Below, one piece after another: positions 8,985-19,227 of a stretch of 45,809 bases of DNA. Below the pieces are notes generated by a model. The model was not told the origin of the DNA. It did not search any database and saw only the letters and a program-made list of their open reading frames with translations. A program made the position numbers and the translations under genes. Position 1 is the stretch's first letter, and every line of letters starts with the position of its first letter. Origin of the DNA: a virus (Duplodnaviria; Caudoviricetes); IMG/VR virus record IMGVR_UViG_3300027740_000038, positions 1 to 45,809 of that record. One strand, 5' to 3'.

Positions 8985-10274
8985 ATGGGTGAAACCTTAA
9001 CAAATCTGGATAAAATCCTCAAGGACGTGTATGAAGCGAACGTAACCGACCAGGTAACGACTTTTGACCCGGTTCAGGAACTCTTCGAGGAAGTTGAAGA
9101 CGCTCAATGGGAAGGTCGTCAGGCAATCGAGATGACCAACATGAGTTATAACGAGGGCGTGGGAGCAACGTCTGAAGGCGGGAACCTGCCGACAGCCGGG
9201 AATTTTGACCCTCAGAACTTCGCTATCGGTATGAAGTATCTGAATGCGTCATTCCAAATGACACAGCAGATGATTAAAGGAGCGGAGACCTCTAAGGGCG
9301 CATTCAAGAACGCCATGAATATGTCGATGGAGACCGTCGTTACAAACCTCAAACGTGAACAGTCGCGTATGCTCTACGGAGCTGGTAAGGGCATTTTGGC
9401 ATATGTGAATTGCACCGGGGCCGTTACTACCGTAATTGTTGACAATCCCGGCGGCGTAGTAGGGACTGCCGGTGGAGCAAGATATATTCGCAAGAATATG
9501 ATTCTTGCCTGTATCAATCCCGCTGATGGAACCATGAGGTCAGGGACCGTCCATACCGTGACGGGGGTAACGAGTACGGGATTGAGCTACACTTCAGCAT
9601 CCGTAACACTTACGAACGATGATTACATCGTAAGATGCAATACGGCGGCTGAAACTACGGCAGCGGGAACCGGATATAACAGGGAACCGATGGGACTTCT
9701 CGGTCTGGTTGACGATACAACCTATCTTACCACGATTTCCGGTCTGTCCCGTGATACTTACCCGCAACTTAAAAGCAGAGTGCAATCGGCTGTAGGCGCG
9801 CTTTCACTCGATGCGCTTCAGACGAATGTAGACCTTGCCGACCAGTTGGGTGATGCGCAGATTGACGCCTTTACCTGCCATCATGCAGTCCGTCGGTCTT
9901 ATCTCGCACTCCTCGAAGCCGACAGACGGTATTCGAGTTCAGATTTGACTAAACCTGATGGCGGCACGATTGCAGGCAAGGGCAAGGGTGGAAAATCCGG
10001 GAACTATATAACTTTCGCCAATAAGCCGGTGATGGAGTCAAAGTATCATCCCTATGGCACGATCATCGGTCTCGACAAGAGATACATGAAGAAGTACACA
10101 CAGGTAAAGGGTGAATGGGCGAATGAGTCCGGAGCCATTCTCAGGCAGGTAGGCAGTACTGACGTGTGGAGTGCCTTCTATCGCAGATGGCTGAATTACC
10201 ACTGTAGCAAACCGGCAACCTGTTTCCGCATGGACGGGATTACGGCGAATACGATTTACGTTGCAAGTTACTAA
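8985..10274 (+). CDS. Major capsid protein
   Basis: 429 aa after the scaffold gene, strong RBS AAGGAG, EGGNLPTAG motif, followed by a terminator. Confidence 0.88.
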   Translation: MGETLTNLDKILKDVYEANVTDQVTTFDPVQELFEEVEDAQWEGRQAIEMTNMSYNEGVGATSEGGNLPTAGNFDPQNFAIGMKYLNASFQMTQQMIKGAETSKGAFKNAMNMSMETVVTNLKREQSRMLYGAGKGILAYVNCTGAVTTVIVDNPGGVVGTAGGARYIRKNMILACINPADGTMRSGTVHTVTGVTSTGLSYTSASVTLTNDDYIVRCNTAAETTAAGTGYNREPMGLLGLVDDTTYLTTISGLSRDTYPQLKSRVQSAVGALSLDALQTNVDLADQLGDAQIDAFTCHHAVRRSYLALLEADRRYSSSDLTKPDGGTIAGKGKGGKSGNYITFANKPVMESKYHPYGTIIGLDKRYMKKYTQVKGEWANESGAILRQVGSTDVWSAFYRRWLNYHCSKPATCFRMDGITANTIYVASY

Positions 10275-10280
10275 ACAAGC

Positions 10281-10305
10281 GGGGCGGGAACAACCCGCCC
10301 CTATT
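10281..10305 (+). terminator. Hairpin after the capsid gene
   Basis: GGGGCGGG-AACAA-CCCGCCCC; weak U tract. Confidence 0.55.
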
Positions 10306-10343
10306 CTACAGGGCCGCCGCCTAATCGGGCGTAAGGAGAACAC

Positions 10344-10742
10344 ATGGCAGATGATTTCTATTCCGATATTGTTACACTGAAATCGAGAACGAGTGAAAAG
10401 CTCGGTGTGATGCACGACAGTCGTTTGAGAGAGATTCATCCGAAAAAGGGGTTAAAAGTCCCGCGTGATATTGCGGAACTCGGCAAGATTCAACATGCGT
10501 TGCGTTGGAGCGCGACACATGGCGGAGTTTTAGACAGCAAGGTTTACATCGAAGACGACATTGGGACTGCCCTCGAAACCCCTCATAAACCCCTGGAAGA
10601 GGATGAAGTAAAGAAGATGAAGCAGACGGATGGTCTCGGCAAGGACAAGATTATGGTAGATGGCAAGCTCATCAACAAGACAACCATAAATCTTGACCCC
10701 GGCGGAGACGATAAGGAAAACTTCATGAGTAACAATCTATGA
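10344..10742 (+). CDS. Hypothetical head-region protein
   Basis: RBS AAGGAG; position. Confidence 0.7.
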   Translation: MADDFYSDIVTLKSRTSEKLGVMHDSRLREIHPKKGLKVPRDIAELGKIQHALRWSATHGGVLDSKVYIEDDIGTALETPHKPLEEDEVKKMKQTDGLGKDKIMVDGKLINKTTINLDPGGDDKENFMSNNL

Positions 10743-11173
10743 CACCGCAGAGTTTTCGAGAAGACCTGAAACGCTTTGATAAGAGACTCGACTTTGTGTA
10801 TAACGCCCGCAAGATGCAATGGGAAGTAGTGGGTCATGACCTCAAGGGAAAGAAATATCTTATCAAGGCAATTCCTATCGGACAAATGGAAACAATAGGG
10901 ACATGGGTGCTTCAAGACCTATACAGTATGAGTCCGACTAAACAGGGCGGGGCGAAAGAACTCAACCGTAGACTCGATGATGCCATTGAGGAAAGAGAAA
11001 AGATTCAGGAAAAGGACAATCGCAACGATATGGAAGGTCTCCATGATGAAGCGTATGTCAGATTGAAATACGGACTTGGGGAGAGAGTTTCATTACATCA
11101 ACCGGAAAGGCATGAAACAACTTTTACTGTCAATGACAGGAGAAGGGTACATGACCAGGAGGAAACAATATGA
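10739..11173 (+). CDS. Hypothetical head-region protein
   Basis: ATGA coupling. Confidence 0.7.
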   Translation: MTPQSFREDLKRFDKRLDFVYNARKMQWEVVGHDLKGKKYLIKAIPIGQMETIGTWVLQDLYSMSPTKQGGAKELNRRLDDAIEEREKIQEKDNRNDMEGLHDEAYVRLKYGLGERVSLHQPERHETTFTVNDRRRVHDQEETI

Positions 11174-11556
11174 TTAGAAACAGACTCGTACAATTTCAGG
11201 GAGGGGATACGCAGATTGCCGCAGATTCAACAGCAGTTGCTTTAACGGGCATTGTAATGCCGTCGCCCGGAAAGATTAAGAGTATAACGGGCTGGATTGG
11301 CACAAAGACAGGGTCGAATGCCGCGCAACTCGATGTGTTTAAAAGCGGGGCCGCAGGAAGTTCGGCGGCGGCATCCACCACGTCCTGTTTGTCGGCTGCA
11401 ATGGACATGACTTCAGACGCGATTATAACCGGCACGCTCAGTACTACGTTATCGGCGATTAATTTTATCGCGGGTGAAGTTCTGTATCTGAAGGTAACAA
11501 CGGGAGCAACGACCTCGATAGACGACTATTCTGTAACAGTGGTAGTCGATTACTAA
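11170..11556 (+). CDS. Putative virion (decoration-like) protein
   Basis: Thr/Ser/Ala/Gly-rich beta-type composition. Confidence 0.6.
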   Translation: MIRNRLVQFQGGDTQIAADSTAVALTGIVMPSPGKIKSITGWIGTKTGSNAAQLDVFKSGAAGSSAAASTTSCLSAAMDMTSDAIITGTLSTTLSAINFIAGEVLYLKVTTGATTSIDDYSVTVVVDY

Positions 11557-11584
11557 AACAATTAACTGAAAAGGAGAAACAAAG

Positions 11585-12334
11585 ATGAGCAATGTAATCG
11601 TACAGGAAGCCCTGCGGGGCAAGGTTTACAGAGAGTTGCCGGCAAAGAACCTTGATGGTTCAGACGCATATCTGCGATTGGGGAGCAGAGCGGACGGCAT
11701 GGTAATTCCGCTTACCAGCACAAAACATGGTCTGGCTGAGGAAGGCTCGTATTACACGGCGGCAAATGCCGCAATCAGTACCGGACTTACCATCGGCGGG
11801 GACACGCAGACGGCATGGGTCGCAACTACGCCGACACTGGTCATTTACAATGGCGCGGCAGCGGGAGGCGTCAATCTTATAATCGATTACCTGAAATTGC
11901 TGGTAACGTCGGGGGGGACGGCGGCAACTCAACTTGAGTACGCAGTATTACTCGACAATATCAACAGATATACCTCCGGCGGAACTGCACTTACTCCAAA
12001 GAATGTAAACATGGGCATCAGCACATCGTCAATCGCCTCGGTGTATTTCGGCGCGATTACGGCACCGGCGGCCTCGGCAAGTGTGCGCAAAGTAGCGCGT
12101 GGTGTATTGCGCGCAGCTATACCCGTTGCATTTGACCAGTATGTTATTGCCTTCGGCGCATCCGATATTTCCTGTAACAACAGTCAAATCGGAAGCACGA
12201 CAATCATCAACCATACGGTTTCAGCGCCTCCGGCTGTAATACCTCCTGGTAGTTCACTCCTGGTCTATACCTGGGGAGGCTCGATGAGCAATTCGCCGGA
12301 AGCTGAAGTAGAAGTGAATTGGTGGGAGCGGTAG
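11585..12334 (+). CDS. Putative virion structural protein
   Basis: Strong RBS; Ala/Thr-rich; ends in WWER; terminator follows. Confidence 0.65.
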   Translation: MSNVIVQEALRGKVYRELPAKNLDGSDAYLRLGSRADGMVIPLTSTKHGLAEEGSYYTAANAAISTGLTIGGDTQTAWVATTPTLVIYNGAAAGGVNLIIDYLKLLVTSGGTAATQLEYAVLLDNINRYTSGGTALTPKNVNMGISTSSIASVYFGAITAPAASASVRKVARGVLRAAIPVAFDQYVIAFGASDISCNNSQIGSTTIINHTVSAPPAVIPPGSSLLVYTWGGSMSNSPEAEVEVNWWER

Positions 12335-12342
12335 AAAATTGC

Positions 12343-12372
12343 GGGGGCCGATAATTTTGGCCCCCTTCTTTT
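12343..12372 (+). terminator. Intrinsic terminator
   Basis: GGGGGCC-N9-GGCCCCC followed by TTCTTTT. Confidence 0.7.
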
Positions 12373-12381
12373 GAGGTTTAA

Positions 12382-13029
12382 ATGAATCGTTCAGAAATAA
12401 GAACTTCAGTAAGAACGCTTATAAACGAATTGACTCCCGGAACGTGGACTGATACGGGGCTGAATGGTTGCATCGATTTAGCCGTTCAACACGTGAGTTC
12501 AATAATCGCGGCAACTAAAGAGGACTATTTTACTACGAGTTCAACGTTTCAGACTATTTCGGGCACAAAGTCTTATGCCATGCCGCTGAATTGCAGATTC
12601 ATACGGCGGATGGAAGTCTATAATCCGTCTGATGCCGGGGACATTACGAAATTAGAAGAGATTCGTTTCCCTCGTGTCGAGGCATATGGTGCATGGCCAT
12701 ATACTACTCCGGGGGAACCGGAAGGGTATCTTGTGCGCGGGACACAGTTTGATTTACTCCCCATTCCCGACGCTGTGTATGATATGCGGATTTACTTTGA
12801 TGTAAGACAGGTTTCGCTTGCCACTGACGTAGATTCACCGAATGCACCTGAAGATTTTCACGATATGGTTGTCTTTTGGACGGTTTGCCTTGCTCTTTTA
12901 CAGAACGGCGATGACCCGAAAATATTCGTGGATTTATTCAACACGAGAAAAACTGATTTGATTGAAACGCTGATAAGCAGGGGAAGTGATGACTCAAATC
13001 CGGTAAGCGGCTATTTGGAGGGATATTAA
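12382..13029 (+). CDS. Head-tail adaptor protein (podoviral)
   Basis: MNRSEIR...VR..I N-terminus, T.SGTKSY.MP, LLPIPDAVY and PEDFHD motifs typical of adaptor proteins. Confidence 0.75.
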   Translation: MNRSEIRTSVRTLINELTPGTWTDTGLNGCIDLAVQHVSSIIAATKEDYFTTSSTFQTISGTKSYAMPLNCRFIRRMEVYNPSDAGDITKLEEIRFPRVEAYGAWPYTTPGEPEGYLVRGTQFDLLPIPDAVYDMRIYFDVRQVSLATDVDSPNAPEDFHDMVVFWTVCLALLQNGDDPKIFVDLFNTRKTDLIETLISRGSDDSNPVSGYLEGY

Positions 13030-13163
13030 TGGAAGCGAATCTTTATGAAATCATCGGCAGTCTCACAGTTGAAAATATCATGCTTAGAAAACAGATAAAT
13101 CTTCTGATGATTGAAAATCAGAAAGCGAAAGAGGTTGCATCATCAAATACGGAACCGGCATAA
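13029..13163 (+). CDS. 44-aa hypothetical protein
   Basis: TAATG coupling, RBS GGAGG; own translation MEANLYEIIGSLTVENIMLRKQ... Confidence 0.5.
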   Translation: MEANLYEIIGSLTVENIMLRKQINLLMIENQKAKEVASSNTEPA

Positions 13164-13354
13164 AGTGGGGAAACTTTATATGGGGAGAAATCGCGGAGAT
13201 ATATACCGCTGATACCACGCCCACAACGGTTTCATATTCAGGGCAATTCGGAATAGGATTTTTCGGTATGGGTAAATTCGGTACAAGCGATGACAGCACT
13301 ACCGTTACCTTTACTGATGAATCAGCGACAACGGTAACTTATACAGCGGGGTAA
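13139..13354 (+). CDS. 71-codon frame lacking ATG/GTG/TTG; WG/FG-rich tail-type peptide
   Basis: GAGG-TTGC-ATC ATC AAA TAC GGA...; ends just before the tail-fibre ATG. Confidence 0.45.
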   Translation: MIKYGTGIKWGNFIWGEIAEIYTADTTPTTVSYSGQFGIGFFGMGKFGTSDDSTTVTFTDESATTVTYTAG

Positions 13355-13356
13355 TA

Positions 13357-15354
13357 ATGCCGATATTTCCATCACAAGGCGGGTCTAAAGATTCCTGGGG
13401 AACGGAATTAAGAAATTTCTTTTCTCCGTTTTTTGACTTAGTTACGGGATTGTTCAAGACTAACGTAATTCCCAATACGGCTATCCAGAATTCAAGTATT
13501 GTTGATGCGCAGATAGATTCCGTAAGTTGGAGCAAAATAGATAAAACCACTTCCAATATTGCCGACATCACTACAAAATCACATACGTCTTTAACTGATA
13601 AAGGGACTAATACTCATGCTCAAATTGATACGTTTATTTCTTTGACAAGTAGTATAGATGTACGGTCATATGCAACTCTGGCGCTTGCTGATGCAGCAGC
13701 GGCGGCGGCTGGACAATATCTTTTAATAGCAAGCAATATAACTCTTGCAGCCAATACTACTTTGTCCTCCTCTGTAATTATTGCCAAAGGCGGCATGATT
13801 ACCAAAGCATCTACTTATACTCTTGTATTCAGTGTTCCTGCCTCTGCTGGTTCATACCAAATATTTTCAGGCTTCAGTGCAGGAGATGTAACATTTGCGC
13901 TTGGGCAGCACGTTAATCCCTTGTGGTGGGACGGTACGGATATAGGCGAAAAAATAAACAAGGCCATATTATCATTGCCAAAATACACGGGAGCAACTAC
14001 GTTTACTGACAGTGATGGCGGCAAAGTTGTTGTTCCATCTCAACCATATAACAAGACAACGCATACGGTATTTACAGAATGGACGGCGTTCTCTACCCCT
14101 ATAATTCTATATCCTGGCGTTGAGGTTGATTTTAATAAAGCACCATTGCTTTATACCGGAACTGGCGCGGCAATTACTACTCCATATCGTGGAGGTAGAT
14201 CATATCGAGCCAAGAACATCAATCTTTTTACATCCAATCTTACCGGAGCGACAAGAGCTGGTAAAACAGGGTTGTTACTCAATGGGAGTTATCAATCCTA
14301 TATTAATATTTATCGTATGGGAAATTTTGAGATAGCAGTAGAGTTGCGTGGAGACCCTACCTATACCGCTGATCCTGATGGTCCTACTGAACCCGTACCT
14401 GGCGGCTGTGCGTATAATTTGGTAGAAATAGAAACTGTAAGAGCAGTTACTACACCAATCATACTGCGGTCATATTTTCGCTCTTTGGCCGGGCCGAGTT
14501 ACGTTCATGGGTGGGTAAATGCCAACACCATAAAACTCGGAAGTTTAATAAAAGATGAGTATTCAACTACGGCAATCACCTTAGAACGGGTGGATATTCC
14601 AGTCGGTGATACTTATTATCCTGGAGGTCTTCCACATCAATCACCAGGCTATGTTGCCAGCAATGTGTTTAAATCAGGATTTGGAATAGCTGGCATAGAG
14701 TCATGGCCTACTGCAATAGCATGTCAGGGCGCACAGAACAAGTTTGAGAATATTTATACTGAGGGGACAACCACGTGGGCGGATTTTTCAAAAGTTGGGA
14801 CTGTTGAGACTGATGGTCGGAGTACTGGAAACAGAATCACGTTTAGCCGTCCGTTTGAGGGTGGGGCCATTGTCGATACTACGGATGCGCCAAAAAATGA
14901 AACTATTTATCTGGGTGGTACGCATCCTAAGTTTTCGGCAATAGGATATGGCAATCAGACTCTTACAAGTGCGGTAGATACGAAGGTGAATCTTGTTGAT
15001 TCCGGTAGCATAGATGAATTCGACACTAATAATAATTTTGCTGCTGATGACGGCAGTCATGGTGCTACACTTTCCCGGTTTACTCCTACAGTGCCGGGCT
15101 ATTATCAATTTAATACCACGGTACGTGTTTTAGGAACGCTAACAGCGGTGTATGTGGATATTTTTAAAAATGGAAGTTTTTTACGACAATGTGGTTCAGT
15201 AACTGCATCTACAGGTTTCCAGAGTTCCTTAGCAGACTTGATATATGCTAACGGAACAACCGATTATTTTGAAATATATGTTCATGCTGTCGGAACGGGT
15301 ACATTAACTCTTCAAGCATCAGTTACAAGATTTTCAGGTTCACTGCAACCATAG
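13357..15354 (+). CDS. Tail fibre/tailspike with C-terminal C1q-like domain
   Basis: THAQID fibre repeat, beta-helix-like middle region, C-terminal RFTPTVPGYYQFN...NGTTDYFEIY motif. Confidence 0.8.
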   Translation: MPIFPSQGGSKDSWGTELRNFFSPFFDLVTGLFKTNVIPNTAIQNSSIVDAQIDSVSWSKIDKTTSNIADITTKSHTSLTDKGTNTHAQIDTFISLTSSIDVRSYATLALADAAAAAAGQYLLIASNITLAANTTLSSSVIIAKGGMITKASTYTLVFSVPASAGSYQIFSGFSAGDVTFALGQHVNPLWWDGTDIGEKINKAILSLPKYTGATTFTDSDGGKVVVPSQPYNKTTHTVFTEWTAFSTPIILYPGVEVDFNKAPLLYTGTGAAITTPYRGGRSYRAKNINLFTSNLTGATRAGKTGLLLNGSYQSYINIYRMGNFEIAVELRGDPTYTADPDGPTEPVPGGCAYNLVEIETVRAVTTPIILRSYFRSLAGPSYVHGWVNANTIKLGSLIKDEYSTTAITLERVDIPVGDTYYPGGLPHQSPGYVASNVFKSGFGIAGIESWPTAIACQGAQNKFENIYTEGTTTWADFSKVGTVETDGRSTGNRITFSRPFEGGAIVDTTDAPKNETIYLGGTHPKFSAIGYGNQTLTSAVDTKVNLVDSGSIDEFDTNNNFAADDGSHGATLSRFTPTVPGYYQFNTTVRVLGTLTAVYVDIFKNGSFLRQCGSVTASTGFQSSLADLIYANGTTDYFEIYVHAVGTGTLTLQASVTRFSGSLQP

Positions 15355-15362
15355 AGGATTAA

Positions 15363-16460
15363 ATGGCAGACCTCAAAACAAACAATACAAGTTACCCGAC
15401 AACAATTGATACTGCGACCGCAATCGCTGATTTTACCGACGAAGGCGTAGCTACTCATATCAATGGCCCAAATTCCGCTATCGTTGCCATTGAAAACGAA
15501 CTCGGCGTGGCTACGGCCACAAATTGTTCGCTAAAAGGGACTTGTGCGTCCCTGGCGGCAAGACTCGCTTTCAATATCTCTGCGGCAGGCGGGGTTCCAT
15601 CGGGTACAAGTTTTCCAACTTCTCCGACACCTGTAAACGGCCAGTTATTCATGCGCACGGATTATACGCCTGAGATACTATATTTTTATGCGGCGTCAAC
15701 AGCTTCATGGGTGCAATATTCCGCATTGCTTACGCATTCTCAACTGAATCACCTTACGGATACTGATGACCATTCGCAATACGTCCACAATACCATTGCA
15801 CGAACGATAAGCGCGAATCATGAGTTTACGGTAAATCCTGTTTTTTCAGGTACGCCGTCATTCTCACATGCAACTGGTGTTTCTCCGTTTACTGTAACAA
15901 GTACGACAAAAGTAACAAATCTAAATGCCGAACAAGTTGATGGATATGATGTAGGTGGGACCAGTGGATTAGCTACATTAAGTTCCTCTTTACTTGCTCA
16001 AAATGCACCTTCTGGATTTACAATTTCAGGCAATACGGCGTGGCATTCGGGAAATCATGGTTCGAGTTTTTCAGTTCGTATGAGTGCTCAGCAATCAGTA
16101 AGTGGACTTACCAAAGTACAGATAAATACGGAACTTTTTGATACTTATAACAATTATGATACTACAAATTATCGTTTTACTCCAACTATAGCAGGTAAAT
16201 ATTTATTAACAATTACATTAATGGGACAGGGAGTCTCCGCTTCAGCGACGAGTGAAATACATCTATACAAAAATGGCAGTACTTATGCATATGCGCATAT
16301 ATCTCAGTCGCTTAATTATACATCAATAGGTTCGGGAACAATTTGTATAATTGTTGGCGCAAATGGATCGACTGACTATTTTGAGGTTTATGTTTCTATT
16401 TCCGGGACAAGTCCCGCAGTAAACCAAGCTTATTTTAGTGGAATATTAGTGGGTATTTAA
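15363..16460 (+). CDS. Second tail fibre protein with C1q-like tip
   Basis: DDHSQY, PFTVTSTTKVTNLNA.QVDG, AWHSGN fibre motifs; RFTPTIAGKY...NGSTDYFEVY tip. Confidence 0.8.
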   Translation: MADLKTNNTSYPTTIDTATAIADFTDEGVATHINGPNSAIVAIENELGVATATNCSLKGTCASLAARLAFNISAAGGVPSGTSFPTSPTPVNGQLFMRTDYTPEILYFYAASTASWVQYSALLTHSQLNHLTDTDDHSQYVHNTIARTISANHEFTVNPVFSGTPSFSHATGVSPFTVTSTTKVTNLNAEQVDGYDVGGTSGLATLSSSLLAQNAPSGFTISGNTAWHSGNHGSSFSVRMSAQQSVSGLTKVQINTELFDTYNNYDTTNYRFTPTIAGKYLLTITLMGQGVSASATSEIHLYKNGSTYAYAHISQSLNYTSIGSGTICIIVGANGSTDYFEVYVSISGTSPAVNQAYFSGILVGI

Positions 16461-16461
16461 A

Positions 16462-16983
16462 ATGGACATTGAAAAACTCATAGCAGCGGGTTTATTCTCC
16501 TCACTTGCCGCGCATCCATACGGGCATATTGCCGAGGCATCCAAAGAGGGACGCCCTGCAAGCGTTGATTATAGGACTGGCACTGAAAGTTATAACGACG
16601 AGGGACTGTCTCCTGAGAAGAAGGCTAACATTCACGGTGCGGGCTTCGAGATGCAGGACCGTATGGCGAATGCTATGGATAGCCCGGAAATGCACGGATT
16701 TAATGCTGTCTATAAGACCCTTTTCCCGTATATTGTTGATAAGATGGGTTCTGCTATTCCCGGCGGCGACATCGGCGGTATGGAGCGGTCAAGCGGGAAT
16801 AAGTACATCAAACCCATACTCGGAGCCTCGGCGTTCTATGACGCTTATAAGGCGATGCATCCTGACAATAACGTGAATGTAGGGTTTTCAACTTTCGGCA
16901 AAGGCACGCCGGGACTTATGGCGACGGTTCCTATTGACCAGAACTTAATACCTGTATGGAGTAAATCTTCAAAAAGGAAATAG
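16462..16983 (+). CDS. Hypothetical protein
   Basis: Tightly packed ORF in the tail module. Confidence 0.65.
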   Translation: MDIEKLIAAGLFSSLAAHPYGHIAEASKEGRPASVDYRTGTESYNDEGLSPEKKANIHGAGFEMQDRMANAMDSPEMHGFNAVYKTLFPYIVDKMGSAIPGGDIGGMERSSGNKYIKPILGASAFYDAYKAMHPDNNVNVGFSTFGKGTPGLMATVPIDQNLIPVWSKSSKRK

Positions 16984-18837
16984 ATGATACGAAAAAAACA
17001 TACAAGCGGCTCTCTTGGCGCGGCGCAGAAATTTCAGAATAAGCAAAATCCATTTTTACCCGACCCCGGATTTTACGATATTCAGGGATTCCATTACGAC
17101 GAAGTTGACTCTATTACCAAATGGCAGGGACTCACGAAATATAATACCACCATTAACGCTGAAAACGTGTTTACGGGTCTGTTTGATTATCCTAAAACTG
17201 ATTTGACTCGCCAGCAGATAGCGACCTGTCTTACCGGAATCTATAGATATAATTCTCCCTCGGTACAGGTATGGAATGCCTTGAGTCTTGCAAATTGCGG
17301 AGGGGCGAGAACGGGAACTGCTGTGGATTTCTTTGATTCGTCTATCCTGAATGACCAACTGTATTTATTTAACGGTATAGACGCGAATATCCGCTATGAC
17401 GGCACGACCTGTTATAACATGAGCATCGTCGCTCCCGTTCAGACTGCCACTGCTTCTTTAGGCGGTACGGGTATATCTGCAACTTATGGCTACCAGTATC
17501 TTTACACGTACTACAACAGCGCCCTGGGTAACGAAAGCAATCCGAATCCGACGCTTTCCACGACGACGGGGGCATTCTCTGATAAAACCGTAACCGTAAC
17601 GGTCAAATGCTCTGCCGACGTGCAGGTGGATAAAATCAATGTCTACCGTACAACCGACGGAGGCGGCTTGCCGCTTTACGTCGGAGTAGTTAACAATATT
17701 GTCGGAACGGGAACTACTACCTTCTCGGATAATTTCACTGATGCCAGTCTCGGCATTGCCGTGGACTATACCGGGAATGGCGTTGCGCCAACTGCCCTGC
17801 TTGCCAAAGTCTATAAAGGCGTTATGGTAATGACTCCCAAAAACTCAAGTCGGGTATGGTTCTCGAAGCCGAATAAACCGGGGGCCGTGGATTCAAACGA
17901 CTTCCGGGACCTTGACCCAAATGATGGTTATGTCATTACGGGTTTAAAGCGCATGTTGTCAATGATAGTTGCGTTTAAAGGCAACTCTATTTGGAACGGT
18001 ACGGGCGATGATAGAACGTCGTTTACCTTTACTCGGACAGTTTCGGACATAGGCTGCATAGCGACTAAATCCATTATGACCATTCCCGGAGCTTCGGGAG
18101 CCTCCACTTCATCAACACTTGTGGCCGGGAATACCGTAATGTTTCTCTCGCAGTCTGGATGGTATCAGTACAATGGCGTATCGGTCAACTATAAATCGTT
18201 TCCTATTGAGAAAACGTTCAGGACTCTGAATAAAGCCCGATTATCTCAGACCTATGGAGTCGTATATCCTAAATTGAATACGCTTGCCTGGATTATTCCC
18301 TCCGGGAGTAATACGGAAAGCGACTTAATGGTAACGTATGACTATATTCAGGATAAATGGGGAACGCGGTCTCTGTCTAATACTCACTGTAACGTCATAA
18401 CGACTTTGCAGGATTCAAACGGTGAACAATCGCTTTATGCGGGTGGCTATGGCGGTTACACGTGGAAATTAGATGATGGAATGTCGGATGATGGCAGTGC
18501 AATCTCCTGTTACGTCATCGACCGCGCTCACCCGAAACTGCCTCCGGGTGTCATCAGCGAGCAGAAAAAGGGCTTCTACGCGCTGTTTTTCTGGTTTAAA
18601 CCGCAATCGGGAACCATTGTAACGGCTTCCTATAGTCTTGAAGACGCGGACGGTGTTTATACCACTATAGGCACAATTGATTGTGGAAATACATCGGGAA
18701 TGCACAGTATGGGGTTCAATGCTATTGGAAGACGTATATTTTTGAAGTTTGCAAATTCGCAAAGCGGCCAACCATTGACTATTCGAGGATGGATGGTAAA
18801 ATATAAAGTATTGGGAAGAGAGATAGACAATGCTTAG
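16984..18837 (+). CDS. Tail nozzle / packaged-DNA stabilisation protein (P22 gp10-like)
   Basis: 617 aa; beta-propeller-type motifs RVWFS, DIGCIA..SI, FLSQSGWY.YNG, YDY..DKW. Confidence 0.7.
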   Translation: MIRKKHTSGSLGAAQKFQNKQNPFLPDPGFYDIQGFHYDEVDSITKWQGLTKYNTTINAENVFTGLFDYPKTDLTRQQIATCLTGIYRYNSPSVQVWNALSLANCGGARTGTAVDFFDSSILNDQLYLFNGIDANIRYDGTTCYNMSIVAPVQTATASLGGTGISATYGYQYLYTYYNSALGNESNPNPTLSTTTGAFSDKTVTVTVKCSADVQVDKINVYRTTDGGGLPLYVGVVNNIVGTGTTTFSDNFTDASLGIAVDYTGNGVAPTALLAKVYKGVMVMTPKNSSRVWFSKPNKPGAVDSNDFRDLDPNDGYVITGLKRMLSMIVAFKGNSIWNGTGDDRTSFTFTRTVSDIGCIATKSIMTIPGASGASTSSTLVAGNTVMFLSQSGWYQYNGVSVNYKSFPIEKTFRTLNKARLSQTYGVVYPKLNTLAWIIPSGSNTESDLMVTYDYIQDKWGTRSLSNTHCNVITTLQDSNGEQSLYAGGYGGYTWKLDDGMSDDGSAISCYVIDRAHPKLPPGVISEQKKGFYALFFWFKPQSGTIVTASYSLEDADGVYTTIGTIDCGNTSGMHSMGFNAIGRRIFLKFANSQSGQPLTIRGWMVKYKVLGREIDNA

Positions 18838-19219
18838 CAGAACGGCACAAATAACGCCGCCTCTATCCGATGATAAAATCGGCGAACTCGATAGGCAGCT
18901 TTCAACCATATTTGCGAAAGGATTACAGTATAAATCCGGGACGTATGTTGGAGATGGCCGCGTATCCCATGTAATAACTATGGGAGTTTCCCCGGTTTTC
19001 GTGTATATTCAAAAGCAGGGGGATTTGGGCAGAAACACTTTTCCTGTAGCGGGGAATTCAGTATTTGCGCTTGCCGGGAATCCAGGAGTGGCATATATCC
19101 CCGGTACGGGGTTTGTAAAAGATGCCGTTCTGTCATATCAGAACACGGGCATTACTATCGGCGTGAATGCGAATGTAAATACGGTGGCGGTTACTTATTG
19201 TTATTTTGTACTGGCGTGA
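18830..19219 (+). CDS. Putative tail protein
   Basis: GTYVGDG...I.MG.SP.FV motif; overlaps the upstream gene. Confidence 0.6.
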   Translation: MLSRTAQITPPLSDDKIGELDRQLSTIFAKGLQYKSGTYVGDGRVSHVITMGVSPVFVYIQKQGDLGRNTFPVAGNSVFALAGNPGVAYIPGTGFVKDAVLSYQNTGITIGVNANVNTVAVTYCYFVLA

Positions 19220-19227
19220 GGTGAAAG

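Noticed and set aside
13357-16460. Diversity-generating retroelement acting on the fibre tips
   Set aside because: No reverse transcriptase and no near-identical template repeat differing only at adenines
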